This document shows, one piece after another, positions 26,634 to 41,750 of a DNA stretch of 64,000 bases. A program made the translations under genes and the position numbers. The stretch is from positions 76,260,001-76,324,000 of the forward strand of contig OX597820.1 of assembly GCA_951406725.2 (NCBI GenBank), in the 5' to 3' direction. The notes beneath the pieces are model-generated. The model was not told where the DNA came from and ran no database searches. It was given only the letters and a program-made list of their open reading frames with translations. Numbering within the stretch: position 1 is the stretch's first letter; every line of letters begins with the position of its first letter. This DNA comes from Octopus vulgaris (lineage: Eukaryota).

Positions 26634-27121
26634 TGTGTTTACAGCTAATCTCTTTGCAATGACACTCAATTTAAAAAAAATAAAATAAACGTATTTTTGT
26701 TCAACCAGTTCCAGAAGTTCAAACACTAGTTCTAACTGGTTCTTTATTTATTGAACCCGAAAGAATGGATGTTGACCTCGGTAGATAGCAAAGTTCCAGA
26801 GCAAATAATACAGAGCGTTTCATCTCAGGAGTTCTTAAAGACTGTGAGGCTGAACCAATTTCAAAGAAGATGCCTTCTCATTAAGTCTGGTGAATTTTTT
26901 GAGTACTCTTTAACTTGTTTCAGTCATTTGACTGTGGCCATGCTGGAGCACCGCCTTTAGTCGAGCAAATCGACCCCATGACTTATTCTTTGTAAGGCTA
27001 GTACTTATTCTATCGGTCTCTTTTGCCGAACCGCTAAGTTCGGAAGTAAGCACACCAGCATCGGTTGTCAAGTGATGTTGAGGGCACAAACACAGACACA
27101 CAAACATATACACGCATACAC

Positions 27122-27168
<47 letters not shown>

Positions 27169-27723
27169 CACGACGGGCTTCTTTTAGTTTCCGTCTACCA
27201 AATCCACTCACAAAGTTTTGGTCGGCCCGAGGCTATAGTAGAAGACACTTGCTCAAGCTGCCATGCGGTGGGACTGAACCTGAAACCATGTGGTTGGTAA
27301 GCAAGCTAATTACCATACAGCCACTCCATAATCATTTAAGATGCAAGTTTATATTTAAGAAAACTACAACTACGAAAATGATTCATGATACGTATGAGAT
27401 GTTCAGCTTAGATTTCGAACTGTCATGAGTCTTAGGACCCAAAAGACAGGAACTTAGCCATATTTTCATTGCGTATAGGTGAATGAGTTCCTCATTTTCG
27501 TCCTCTAAAATTTTAAAACTTAATTATGCAATTTATAAATCATTAAGGAAGCTAATGATATGCTCGTTTGTTGACCTATGTGAATTGAATGGAGATTGCC
27601 ACTCTCAGTGGAGAGTAAGTAGATTCAATCAAACGAAATCTCGTAATGGATGAGGTCGACACATGTGCATTAAACATCCAAATTATGATTTCGAAATTAC
27701 AAACTATCCTGCATGTGGGATTG
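26310..27723 (+). repeat. Near-identical direct repeat of about 235 bp (26310-26545 and 27489-27723)
   Basis: Direct comparison shows only a few differences. Confidence 0.95.
26905..27325 (-). mobile_element. SINE family A, full length, little diverged
   Basis: Reverse complement of the 18172-type sequence. Confidence 0.9.
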
Positions 27724-29491
27724 AATGGGAGGCTGGTGTGTGTGTGTGTGTGTGTGTGTGTGTTCATTTGCGTGTGTGTGGACTGGAGCGAGGTGAAATG
27801 AAATGTTTTGCTCATGAAGACGACGCAACATCCTATTTAGAAACCTTAATCTAGACCTTACGATTGTAAATGCAACCCCCCCTAACCATTAAGCCATGCA
27901 CCTTCCGCAATGCGTGAAAAGCAGGATATTAAATTTTCCGCACCTGCTACAAAACTAGATTGATCGTTGATACTCTTTCGTTTATATACAATTATTTGCA
28001 TTGTTGCTAAGGCTTAGCCAATTTATATTAAAGAGATTAAGAAGTAATGAGCGCAATATGACCATATCGAATTACTTCATAATTATGAACAATGTGATTC
28101 TTGAAAATCTGCAAATGCAAAGCGTGTTCATTAAAGAATTAAAGGTTTAGGTGTAAGAGGGGAAAGTCTTCACGTGCATATACGACCAGCTAGAAACCGC
28201 AACTAAGTTTCCCTTATATCACAACGTCCTTAAACAAGAAGGAAGTACACGCTGGGAAATGTAATCCTAATACAAATTCTTTTTCTTCATCTTCTTTCTC
28301 CTTATACCACAATGAGTCGGAACAAACAAGGCAGGTATAAGCAAAAGAAACTTATCCTATTCATCCTCCAATAGCGAAATTTTTTAGAGGACAATACCTA
28401 GAACAGGGATATCTTAATAAGAGTTGGCATTTCTGAGAAGCAGGTGTACAGAAAGGGAACCTGCATGGAAAAAGAACTTTGATTAATCCTTGTCGCAATT
28501 TGTACAGCATTATTTTTGTAACTTAAATTACAAAATGCGTTCGAAGTACATAATGTAAAGGTTGGGTATTCTATACATAACATTACTACCAGTATTGCAC
28601 ACCGTTACTGAAAGGAGACATGTGCAAGTTTAGTGTTCGTGCCAATTGTCTGCTAAGGGAAGCCAAGTGAATGATTAAATCACTATAATTTGCAACGTTT
28701 TCTTCAGAGGCCCTTCAATCACTAATGTATCACGTAACTGCCCACTTTGCCACCCTGATAAACTACATATCTTGAAGCAACAGGTAATATTCCCCAGAAG
28801 CAGATCCGAGACCATCTCCGATGATCGACATAGATGAGCCAGTTTGAACCGATTAACTTGAAAAATAACGCTCGGAATAACCAAATAGCTAACTTCGCTC
28901 AGGAAAGTGAATCGCGACAGCTCCTAATACGCAATGCAAACTGTATTATTTGTCTGTTATTTCTAGCGTGTTCATCAACAATGTAGTTTGCCTCATGAAG
29001 CGACGCATGTTGTTCAACCTTACTAGACCTTACGATTGTAAATGCAACCCCCGCTGTTGTTCTTTACACGGTTTAATAATTCTAAAGTAGTTGATAATTG
29101 TTCTCTTTCATTATTCAAACTGCATTCCTAATTGTCAGTGTTTCGGTTTTGTTTCGTTCTTTTTTTTTTTTACATTTGTTATTAGCTAAATATCTTTATA
29201 GTAGGAGCAGTAGTCTTAGAAGTGGGTGTCGTAGTAATACTAACAGTAGTAGTAGTAGTAGTAGTAGTAGTAGTTGATGTTACATGTTTTTGTTTTTATT
29301 GCAGTTTGAGATGTTTCCCTTTGATTTGAATTCTTTTTTCTTTTTTCCTTCGTTTTCTTTTTTTCTTTCTTTCTTTCTTCTTTCTAAATATATTTCTTTC
29401 TGTCTTTCATTCTTTCTGCTAGTTTTTTTAGGGGTTTGCTCTTCGCTTGGTTCTGTAAAATAACTGTTTTAGTAGTAGTATATATTAGTAT

Positions 29492-29523
<32 letters not shown>

Positions 29524-29637
29524 TATAATACGATTGTAGTTGTTACTGTTATTGTTATCGGTGTTGTTGGTACTGTTGCTAGTGTCGCCGTTGTTGCAAA
29601 GTTTTGAAATGTGCCGCGGGTGTTGTCACAAAGAAAG

Positions 29638-29687
<50 letters not shown>

Positions 29688-30319
29688 GACACCATTTCCT
29701 GTGACTTCGGGCGAAAATGAAATGCAAAAAAAAAAAAATAAACCAAATAGCTAACTTCGCTCAGGAAAGTGAATCGCGACAGCTCCTAAACTGATCGCAT
29801 GTGGCATCTGATCCTTTCTTTTTTCTTATTTTCTTCTTGTTTTTTTTCTTTAGTTGTGTGTGTTCTTACTTTTTCATTCAGGAATGAGAGAAGGTAGACC
29901 ACCCTCCATTCGTACCACGCGTGTGAACACACACGAAGACATATAATAAAATACTTCAATGTATACACGTGTGTGTGTGTGTGTGTATTTGTATGTGTCT
30001 GTGTATCATATGTACACACATACCTACACGTGTGTGTGCATGTATATATATATATATATATATATGAATATATACGTATACACACACACATATAACTATG
30101 AGTATATTTATGCATAAATATATACATGAATATATACATATATATAAATATGAGTATATATATATATAAGTATGAGTACATATATATATATATATATAAA
30201 TATGAGTTTATATATATATATATATATGCATGTATATACATATATATTCATATCTATATATGCATGTATATACTTATATGTACAAATATACATATGTATA
30301 TATATACGTACATATGTAT

Positions 30320-30350
<31 letters not shown>

Positions 30351-30385
30351 CATATGTATATATATACATACTTATATACATATGC

Positions 30386-30445
<60 letters not shown>

Positions 30446-31005
30446 TATATATGTATATATACATATATATACATATATGCATTATATACATATATATGCA
30501 TATATATGTACATACATACGTATACACACAGACACACATTATATATATATATACTCATACACATATACGGATATATATATGTGTGTGTGTGTTGTGTGTG
30601 TATGTGTGTACGTGTGTCTGCGTTCATAATGGTAACCGCAGCATAGGGTAGCGCTTATACTTGTTTATAAACATGCGCCGATATGCCACCATCTCTCTTT
30701 CTTTATCAATCTCTCCCTCTGTGCATACACACTCACACACACGTGTGAGAGAGAGAGAGAGAGAGAGAGAGTGCATGTGTGTGTTCTTGTGCAACTTGAA
30801 GCACACGTTAAGAATCTAGCGTCAGTATGCCCCACCCGACAACAAAACTACGAACTTATACAAGGAATACGCGCGGATGAGAGAAACACACGCGTATAAT
30901 ATAAACATACACTGCATGAATAAATCTACCGCTTCGTGGGTATCTTTTTCTTTGTCACTCAACACTCACCCAACCTCACAGTCTCCCACACTCACTCACA
31001 GTGTC

Positions 31006-31150
31006 AAGAAGAAGAAGAAGAAGAAGAAGAAGAAGAAGAAGAAGAAGAAGAAGAAGAAGAAGAAGAAGAAGAAGAAGAAGAAGAAGAAGAAGAAGAAGAA
31101 GAAGAAGAGGAGGAGGAGGAGGAGGAGGAGGAGGAAGAAGAAGAAGAAGA
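31006..31150. repeat. (AAG)n/(AGG)n microsatellite
   Basis: Direct observation. Confidence 0.97.
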
Positions 31151-31780
31151 TACCCATACATATATATATATATTACATAATCCACTTCATTAGCTTACAG
31201 CTGTTTCTGTTAAAATAAGCAGCGCACTCAGAGCTGAGCGCTTGGCCAAGATCTTATGGCTTCAACGGAGCCGTTAAAATGAAGTATGTTTATTTTAGAA
31301 AGCATCTAAAGGCTTAGAAATGATTAGCAGCAAAGCGATATATTTACATAAATAGCGCAATCTCGTTTGAGGCAAAGAAGCCACTCCCTTATATGTTAAG
31401 AAACAATTGATTATAATATATAATAAATTTAAAACAAATGTCACTATTTCTAAATAAGTTAAAAAACAAGGCAGTGTTTCGCTTAGATATATCAAATCCT
31501 TGTACTTCACATTCCAACCGGTTTACACTCTAAGACATCTACATTGGGAGATCAGAAAATTGGAATTTAATGCATAAATGGGAATATGTATAACATGGAC
31601 ATGCCTTTATAAATACGTAAACCTAGTTTTTCGTGCCAAATCACTTATGAGACTTAAGATGAATATATATATATTCTGTAACAGAATATATATTCGACAG
31701 GCTAGCTGTGTGCGAACAAACACAAAAATACACACACACACACACACACACGCACAAACACATGCACGGAGACATCTAGT

Positions 31781-31819
<39 letters not shown>

Positions 31820-32258
31820 GTGAGTGAATGTGTGTGTGTGTGCATTTGTGCTTCTTCGTCACACACCGCTTGAGTACCGGTGTTGGTTTGTGTACGTCCC
31901 CGTAACTTAGCGTTTCGGTAAAATAGATTATAAGAATAAGAACCTGATCTAGAGACAAAACATATAAATAAATAATAAGTACAAAGTTCGAGTTTCTCCA
32001 ATAAACATCTTCAAGTGGTACTCCAGCATGGTCACGATCCATCGACTGAAGCAAGTATTAATAGAAGATAATTAAGTTATATCTTTTTTACGCTTTCAGT
32101 AGGTCACAATCGCCTATTATACTCTTGGGTGGTAAAAGACAAAGAATCCCCAACCATTCAAAAAAAAAACAAAAAAAAAACACGAAACAAACTGGTATTT
32201 CGTCGGTTACGATGATGAGCGTTGCAGCTAATTGGATAGACAGAACAGCCTGCACGTA

Positions 32259-32475
32259 AGGCGGCGAGCTGGCAGAACGTTAGCACGCCGGGCAAAATAC
32301 TTAGAGGTATTTCGTCTGCCGTTACGTTCTGAGTTCAAATTCCGCCGAGGTCGACTTTGCCTTTCATCCTTTCGGGGTCGATAAATTACCTACCAGCTGC
32401 GTACTGGGGTCGATTTAATCGACTGGCTCCTCCCCCCACCAAATTCCGGGCCTTGTGCTTTGAGTAGAAACGAAC
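32259..32475 (+). mobile_element. SINE family B monomer inserted into a family C fragment
   Basis: Family C sequence (GAACAGCCTGC) on both sides of the family B copy. Confidence 0.85.
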
Positions 32476-32769
32476 AGCCTGCTTGTGAAATTAACGTGCA
32501 ACTGGCTGAGCACTCCACAGACACAGGTAACCCTAACGTGCTTCCGTGGGAGATTCAGCGTGAAACAGCCTGGCTCTTTGAAATACAGCTGCGACTCATT
32601 TTTGACAGTTGAGTGGAATGAAGGAACGAGGAATAAACTGTCTTGTTCAAGAGTAGAACGTGTCGCCGGGTATTGAATTTACAAACTTACCAATATGGAC
32701 CAACATATCTGCTCCCCATCACTACTGATTTACAGCCGGTACTGGTTTGTTTATTCTTTTATTGATTTA

Positions 32770-32967
32770 ATATTTTACTTGTTTCACTCATGTTGGAGCA
32801 CAGCCTTTAGTCGAACAAATCGACCCCAGGACTTATTCTTTGTAAGCCAAATACTTATTCCATTGGTTTCCTTTGCCGAACATCTAAATTACGGGGACGA
32901 AAACACACCATCATCGGTTGTCAAGCAATTGGGAGGGGCAAATACAGACACACACATAAATAGACAC

Positions 32968-33014
<47 letters not shown>

Positions 33015-33182
33015 TATATGTGTGTGACGGGCTTCTTTCAGTTTCCGTCTACCAAATTCATTCACAAGGCTTTTGTCAGCCCGAATCTATAGTAGAAGTC
33101 ACTTGCCCAAGATGCCACGCAGTGGGACAGAACCCGGAAGCAAGTGCTTGGGAAGCAAGCTTCTTACCACACAGCCACGCCT
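32770..33182 (-). mobile_element. SINE family A
   Basis: Both modules plus internal (TA)n. Confidence 0.88.
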
Positions 33183-33612
33183 AGATATTGGGCATCTCGG
33201 CAAAAATAGAATGATAACCTAAGTACCAGATTTAAAAGCAAGAAATATGATTCCTGGAGGTCATGAGTTCGACTAACTGCTTCGAGTTTGTGTTACAACA
33301 TGGCCGCAATCCAATGACTGAAAAGTGTAGTAGATAAAATGAATAAATAAAACAGAAACGAAATCGCCATTTCAAGACCGACCGTAGAATCTCATTTCAA
33401 ATGTCAACAATTAATCTTTCATGTCTGCAGTTCATAGAGAAAACGGTATTCTCTAATCAACACTTACACGCATGCGCAAATGTAAGCACTCGCGCGCGCA
33501 TGTGTATAGATTTGTATATAGTCATAAATTTGCTGGTGTGAATCTGTGTGCTTTTTCATGTGAAACTATACGCATAGGTTTGTATGTTCAAACATGTATG
33601 AATTTATATGCC

Positions 33613-33646
<34 letters not shown>

Positions 33647-33738
33647 CGCATTTAAGCATGTATATGTATACGTATGGCGGGGCGTATACATACATATATA
33701 TATACAGACAAGAATGTATACATACACGTATATATATA

Positions 33739-33779
<41 letters not shown>

Positions 33780-33790
33780 ATGAATACACA

Positions 33791-33830
<40 letters not shown>

Positions 33831-33841
33831 TTGTATGTATG

Positions 33842-33888
<47 letters not shown>

Positions 33889-34425
33889 TCTACCCGCTAA
33901 ACATCTGGAATGTTTTACATAATCTAATGCTTTTTTTCTGTGTCTAGGTATTCACGGCCGTATGTTTGTATGTACATTTGCATAGATGTTTATACTTATG
34001 AGCGTACGTTAGATTTTATGAATATGTACGTATGCATTTATGTATGTAAATTAGGCCTCTACTACAAACTTGCATTCATATAAATATATGTATGATTTTA
34101 CGATCTGTAAACATTAATCATACATGCGCCTTTTCAAATATTCACGACTATACGTAGCTAAACATATCCATCGTTGTTTTAAACGTGCCTAGTGAAAAAC
34201 CAAAGCACACAGACGGAAGTAGAATAGAGAGAGAGAAACGCAGACACAAAACCCACAGGCACGCATACAGACATGGGCACACTCGCACATGCAGCCATAG
34301 AAATGTACTGACTTTTACAAAACCGGTATCAACCTGGAATACGTAAGGATACTTATATCTACTGATATATATATAAATATATATATAAAAATATAAATAC
34401 TAACACATTTATAAAAACATGCGCG

Positions 34426-34486
<61 letters not shown>

Positions 34487-34487
34487 T

Positions 34488-34556
<69 letters not shown>

Positions 34557-34716
34557 GTAGATAGATGTAGGTATGTGTGTGTATATAACAAAGGATTTTA
34601 GGCAATCCTTTGTTATAATTATGTATATAATTATAAAATATTTGTAAAATTTACCTATAAGGTTTTTTATTTCCCCGCTAACCCCCTGGTAAAATGATTT
34701 TTACCCATTATTAATA

Positions 34717-34776
<60 letters not shown>

Positions 34777-34798
34777 CATGTATGTATATGTATATATG

Positions 34799-35000
34799 TA
34801 CAAGGGGCGGGGACTGAGGAGTTCCTGGCTTTAAGTAAACGAAAATATAGAACTTAATTGTAATATTATTCATCATATTATTCATACATTTATCGAGGCG
34901 CTTCTTCAGCTTTTCTAAGCACTGTAAAAGAACTTCGAATGTTGGGACTCCAACCAGGCCTATTGTGGATACAATTAAAGCTAGGAAAATTTCAGGAGGT
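34799..35000. mobile_element. Probable mariner-like terminal fragment
   Basis: TA + CAAGGGGCGGGACTGAGGAGTTCC resembles mariner TIR starts; no partner TIR seen. Confidence 0.35.
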
Positions 35001-35029
35001 CTTTGTACATGTACATATATATATATATA

Positions 35030-35197
35030 CTCTTTTATTCGTTGAATTGTTTCAGTCATTGGAGCACGTTTTTTAGTTGAACAAATCGGACGTAAACACA
35101 CCAACATCTTTTATCAACCGATGGTGGAGTGCCAAACACAGATACATAAATACATACATACATACTTACATATGTATATATATATATATATATAGAT

Positions 35198-35245
<48 letters not shown>

Positions 35246-35415
35246 CATACATGTATGTACAGCCTTCTTTCAGTTTCTATCTACCAAATCAACTCACAAG
35301 GCTTTAATCGGCCCGAGGCTATAGTAGAAAACACTCTCCCAAGGTTCGACGCAGTGGGATTGAACCCAGAACTATGTCATTGGGAAGCAAGCTTCTTACC
35401 ACGCAGCCACTTCTG
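35030..35415 (-). mobile_element. SINE family A with deletion
   Basis: Homologous head and tail. Confidence 0.8.
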
Positions 35416-35938
35416 CATACATATATACAGTGACCCGCAAAAGTTTGCAATACAATTTACTCAATTGATTAATTTTACAGATATTTTGAATAAAAATGAT
35501 TTTTCAAAGATTCGTTTTGCAAGATTCCTGATTTGTAATCGTGTGTTGAAACAGATATTGCAGAATGTGGAGGCTCGATTAATAGCATAGAGGTTAAAGT
35601 ACTACCGACACCTAGAACTGACACGACACTTAGACAAATCACAGAGGCTACACACTCAGTAGAAAACACGAACGGAACAGTAACACCGGTTACCACATCG
35701 CATGACTAATTTCAAAAGGGATGAGAAGGGAGAGGGGGGAAATCGTAAATAATGCACTGAAATATACAGGGTAATACATACACAATAAGCATATATGCTC
35801 TTACCTGTAATACTTAGGAGAAATATAGATATATAAAAAAATAATATATATATATATATTATACTAGTAAGTGCTAGGAGGGATATTTTTCATATTGGGG
35901 CAGTAGTTGTATGAAGCCTTCACTGAAAGTTCACACAA

Positions 35939-36011
<73 letters not shown>

Positions 36012-36274
36012 CATACACACACGCATATAATGACGAAGGCAGCTATATGCAATATGAAATCAAAATGGAAAACTGAGTTACTAACTGTGACTGTGGTTTC
36101 CGGGTAACACCTATATTCCAAGAAATAGTAGTTAAAAAGAATTAGAGCCTCAAGAAAGCAGTTTTTCACATACTGACAGGGGACATAACCGCCCCACAAT
36201 GAAACTAAGTCAATATAGTAGGCTAGTTTTGCCTTAAAATTACATGTTCATCAATAGTGACAAATTTATCACTG

Positions 36275-36850
36275 GATGACCATTTTACTGAACCGCCCAT
36301 AAATTCATACGGTAAATACAATATCAGACAGTAGGTATTCAACCAAACCATTCAACAATGAAGTAGTCACTACTGAAGATCTTCTAATTTTCAAGTGAAT
36401 CTTGTCAAGTACAGTGATCTAGCTTCGCTGTGGGTCGGTTATCTCCCTTGTCAGTTTATGAAAATCTGCTTTCTTGCAGCTCTAAGATTTTTTAAAGTCT
36501 TATTTCTAGCAACATACATGCTACCTGGAACTTTCATTCACAATTAGTAACTATATTTTTTTTTCTTTTCGGTTTTATATTGTATATAGCTGCCTACGTG
36601 ATTTTTTAAATTTCACATTAGCATTTTGCCGAATCAGCCACAAGTTCATATGGCAAATATATATTATACACCGGCAATCAGGATTTCGCCAAACCATCCA
36701 GCGAGGAAGTAGTCACGAATGATGAGCTTGTAAAATTTATGCGAAACTAGACCAGTATAGTGATCTATCTTCCCCATAGGGAGGTTATCTCCCTTGTCAG
36801 CGAATGAAAATATGTTTTCTTACGGCACTAAGGGTTTCTAGCTCTTATAG
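36275..36850 (+). mobile_element. Diverged tandem dimer (period 346 bp) with an HHR motif in each unit; retrozyme-like
   Basis: AAGTAGTCAC at 36361 and 36707; HHR-like motifs at 36367-36417 and 36713-36763; shared GGTTATCTCCCTTGTCAG. Confidence 0.7.
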
Positions 36851-37140
36851 GTAGTCCCTGGTCCCTCAGCCACAGTTAGAGATAAATGTGTGCATGGATA
36901 AATGTGATACTGAATATTCGGTTTAGCTATTCACATCAGATTATTTCATGCAGCGTTGGCTAAAATATATAGATATAATCTGAGGTTCAGTACAGAATTG
37001 AAACAAGACTCGATTATCTTGCCTCATACACTTACACACAGCAGGCACATACACACGCACACACACACACACAACCAAACACGAACACTACAAAAACACA
37101 AATACACAAACATACACATCTATTTGTCTATACATACATA

Positions 37141-37175
<35 letters not shown>

Positions 37176-37441
37176 TGTGTGCATACATGAATATATATAT
37201 AAATATATATACACGTTTCATTTACATATGCGTATGTTTATATCTAATCACATTTACATCATTGTAATATATATGTATATGAATGAGTGTATGTATATAC
37301 ATACACGCATATATATATACATACGTGTATATATATATATATATGTATGTATGTATATATGTATATATATGCATATATATACATTTATATATATATACAT
37401 GTATATATATATATGTATATGTATGTATATATATATATATG

Positions 37442-37536
<95 letters not shown>

Positions 37537-38082
37537 ATGTCCACGTACAACGTGTATCTGCATAAGCAGAGGTGCCAGTGCTCTACTTCTTTCTTTCTCT
37601 CACTTTCTTTCACTCTCTCACGCGTACACGCACACACACACACACATATACACAAATACATACGCACAATTAAACACACACACACACAGACACACACACG
37701 CACACACAAACGCTATGTTTTGCACTTAGGTAAAAACATATGATTATTTTGATTTCTTTCCAGCAACGCCACACAGCACTCCCAAAACCCGTTAAGGAAT
37801 ACGTGCTAGGTTGAAGGTCAGTGTAAGCTTAAAGAGCCTGGAATTTGGTTATTGGCGTTGGCACAGCGAAACACAAATGCCACTGTTATTTTGCCGCACC
37901 ACCCACCCCTCTCGTCATTGCGTAAATATTTTAATAATATCCACCGAGAGAACACTGATGGAATTTGAAGTGGAGAACACTGTTGTATAGGATCTGTTGA
38001 AATAAACATCGGCAAAACATGTAGGCCACTCACTCTGTAGGACGTGTTCTGTACGTCTTAACTCGTTTATGCTTTTAACATT

Positions 38083-38620
<538 letters not shown>

Positions 38621-39180
38621 CTGTATCTATCTATCAGTAAATCTATTTATATGTACCTACCGTTTTACCTGTCTGCCTGTCTCTGTCGCTCTCTATCTCT
38701 ATCTATCCATTTATTTATCAATTTATGTATCCACCTGTCAACCGATTTATTTGTCTGTCTATTATCCTCTCCCTCTCTCTCTCACACTCTCTCTCCCTCT
38801 ATCTCTCTATCTATGTATCTATCTACCTATCTGTCTTTGGTTCTCTCATTCTCTCTATGAGTGTGTATGTGGTTGTGCGTGTGTTTGTACATGTGTAAGG
38901 ATGTAAACATCTTGTGAATGTGTGTGCCTGTGTTTGTGAGTGTTATACAAATTGAAGTAGCTTTCCGTGAAGGACTTTTTCTACAGTTTCATATGATTTG
39001 TATGTACTTATATTTATCGTTATATGTATAGACTCAGAACAGGTTTACATACAAGGACAACTGTTTGATGGCCTTATACTACTGATCTTGGAGGTATAAT
39101 TTTTGCAATGCTGATGAGAAATCGAGTCCTTGAAACAGAATATTTAATAGCTGGATACTTGCTATGAGGTAGATAGGTTG

Positions 39181-39216
<36 letters not shown>

Positions 39217-39266
39217 TCTCTCTCGCCCTCTCTCTCTCTCTATCTCTCTATCTATCTATCTATCTT

Positions 39267-39345
<79 letters not shown>

Positions 39346-39731
39346 CTGTAGTCTATTAAATATACACATACATGAAATAAATATTTGTTGAACGCCATAG
39401 CGAAACGTAGCGTTTTATATTTCATTATGATGTGCACGTTCTAGTTCGCTCCGATTTGCGAATTGGAACGGAGTACATTCATGCGTGTTTATGTGTGTGT
39501 ATTCTCTATTCTTTTTTTCTTATATTTGTTTCAGTCATTTGACTCCGGCCATGTTGGAGTAACCACATTCTTTAGTCGAACAAATCGACCACAGAACGTA
39601 TTCTTTCTAAGCCTGGTACTTATTCTATCGGTCATTTTTGCGGAGCCGCTAATATACGGGAGACGTAAGCATACAAGTATCGGTTGTCAAGCGATTTTGG
39701 GGGGACAAACACAGATACACAAACATATATA

Positions 39732-39777
<46 letters not shown>

Positions 39778-39809
39778 TAAATACAGACACACATATATAA
39801 TCAATACAT

Positions 39810-40130
39810 GTAGGCGCAGGCGTGACTGTGTGGTAAGAATCTTAGTTTCCAAACCACATGGTTCCGGGTTCAGCCCCACTGCACTTCACCTTGGGCAAGT
39901 ATTTTCTACTTTAGCGTCGGGTCAACTAAAGACTCGTGAATGGATTTGGTAGACGGAAACTGAAAGAAGCCGGTCATATGTGTGTATATATATACCTACA
40001 TGTGTGTGCCTTTGTGTCTGCGTTTGTCCTTTCTGCATCACCGCTTGATAACCGACGTTGGTGTGTTTACGTCACCGTAACTTAGAAGTTGCGCAAAAGA
40101 GACCGATAAAACAAGTAAAGGAATAAAAGA
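39810..40130 (+). mobile_element. SINE family A, preceded by an inverted tail module at 39515-39720
   Basis: GTAGGCGCAGG head; ACCTTGGGCAAGT CORE-like motif. Confidence 0.85.
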
Positions 40131-40255
40131 TTATCTCTAATAAAGAATGAGAAATTATATATCTTCAAAAATTTATACATTAAAATATTTTCTTCATGCT
40201 ACATTCCGATACGTGTTTCTGCTGGACAATTGTTCGTATCCCATTTCTTTTACGC

Positions 40256-40287
<32 letters not shown>

Positions 40288-40291
40288 TAGG

Positions 40292-40358
<67 letters not shown>

Positions 40359-40461
40359 AGTTAATCTAAACATGAAAACACAAAGAGAAGACACAATAAT
40401 GCGATGACGTGGAACAAATATAGTATTATTGGACGCTCAGGAAGGAAGGGAAGAAGAAGGG

Positions 40462-40495
40462 ATTTACGTTTCGAGCGGAGCTCTTCGTCAGAAAC
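40462..40495 (-). ncRNA. Minimal type I hammerhead ribozyme (family F), canonical core
   Basis: Minus strand TT-CTGACGA-a-GAGC-tcc-GCTC-GAAAC-GTA-AA; very short stem I; lies in repeat 40370-40568. Confidence 0.72.
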
Positions 40496-40566
40496 ATAGG
40501 AAAAGGAAAGATCCAGAGAAGGGAAGACGGAGGGAAAAAAATCGCCAGCGGTACACACGCGGTCAC

Positions 40567-40605
<39 letters not shown>

Positions 40606-40692
40606 TGTGTGTGTGCGCGTGCGTTCATGTATATACATATACTTACTGGCATATGTATGTATGTGTACATTTATGTGAGTATATATCTATGC

Positions 40693-40728
<36 letters not shown>

Positions 40729-41461
40729 CTATGTAGGTATATAAATGTATGTACGTATGCGTGCATGGCTGGTGGGAATGCGGGCGGGATCAGTGCTTTT
40801 ATGTACGTATTTGTAAACCCAACCCCATCTCTGCCTTAATTTTCGAAACCTCTACTTCTTTCACTCAAAGCCTACCTATGCATCACCCTGTCAACCTATG
40901 ATAACCATGCCAACATACGAGCCATCGCCCCAGCTAGTTCTTTCATTATGTGCCTCTACAGATGTGTTTACATATGCATCATGGTAATCCATCAATTGTG
41001 TATCACCCCAACTTCATTCATTTCACACATGCTACTCATATTGTTATCTGATATCAGCCTCCCAATAACTATAATATACTTATTCCTACAAGCGCCACGT
41101 TTTAGTATCCACTTTCTCATTTATCATTCGTCTAGAATTAATTATTATTGGTATGTCAATAATATTACTGGCTGACTGATGCTGTGTCTGTTTGTTGTCA
41201 TGTTATGTCTCCTAGTCGAGCGGCCCCTTATTCTACTGTAAGAATTTTGAATTCATATTGTAAAGTTATGTATGATATCGTATATAGTTACGCTTTCTAT
41301 TTCTCCCGAATAATTAAGTCTGTTGCATGAATTTCTTATATACATAATATACACATAGATTCACGATCGTACAAACACACACACACACTCAAACAAACAC
41401 ACAATAATAATTAAGAGCTCAGATTTTGCTATGAGTTACAATTAAAAAAAAAATTAAATGT

Positions 41462-41750
41462 TATTATTTCAAGGGTCCACAACTTTTCAACATTCTGTCA
41501 AAGAGCCTCTGAAATTTGCGATGTGTAGATGTGGTGGTCTTCAAAGAACCTCTGGACAAGTTTTTATCTGAGATACCAGAAGAGGCCACATCGTGACAGG
41601 AGGCACAAAGAAGCGCACACTCGGTCCGGCACGCTACTTCACCCAAAAGCAGAATAGAAAAGAAACCCAAACACTGAAAGGTGGTGTTCCATCATGGCCT
41701 CAGCCTCTGGCTCAAACCAGTAGATGATAACTGGTAAAAGATAAAAGATT
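41462..41750 (+). mobile_element. LINE (CR1/Jockey-group-like) 3' fragment whose tail matches SINE family A
   Basis: FKGPQLFNILSKSL*NLRCVDVVVFKEPLDKFLSEIPEE resembles an RT C-terminus; tail AAAGGTGGTGTTCCATCATGGCC...TAAAAGATAAAAGA. Confidence 0.8.

Noticed and set aside
26310-27723. 235-bp direct repeats as LTRs
   Set aside because: No TG...CA termini, PBS, PPT or TSD; the interior is a SINE and microsatellite
34808-34852. CTGAGGA-GTT..AAC-GAAA hammerhead-like string
   Set aside because: No stem I or stem III pairing; probably chance within a transposon end
39107-39145. CTGATGA...GAAAC motif
   Set aside because: Stem II is weak and there is no GUH or stem I; at most a heavily decayed copy
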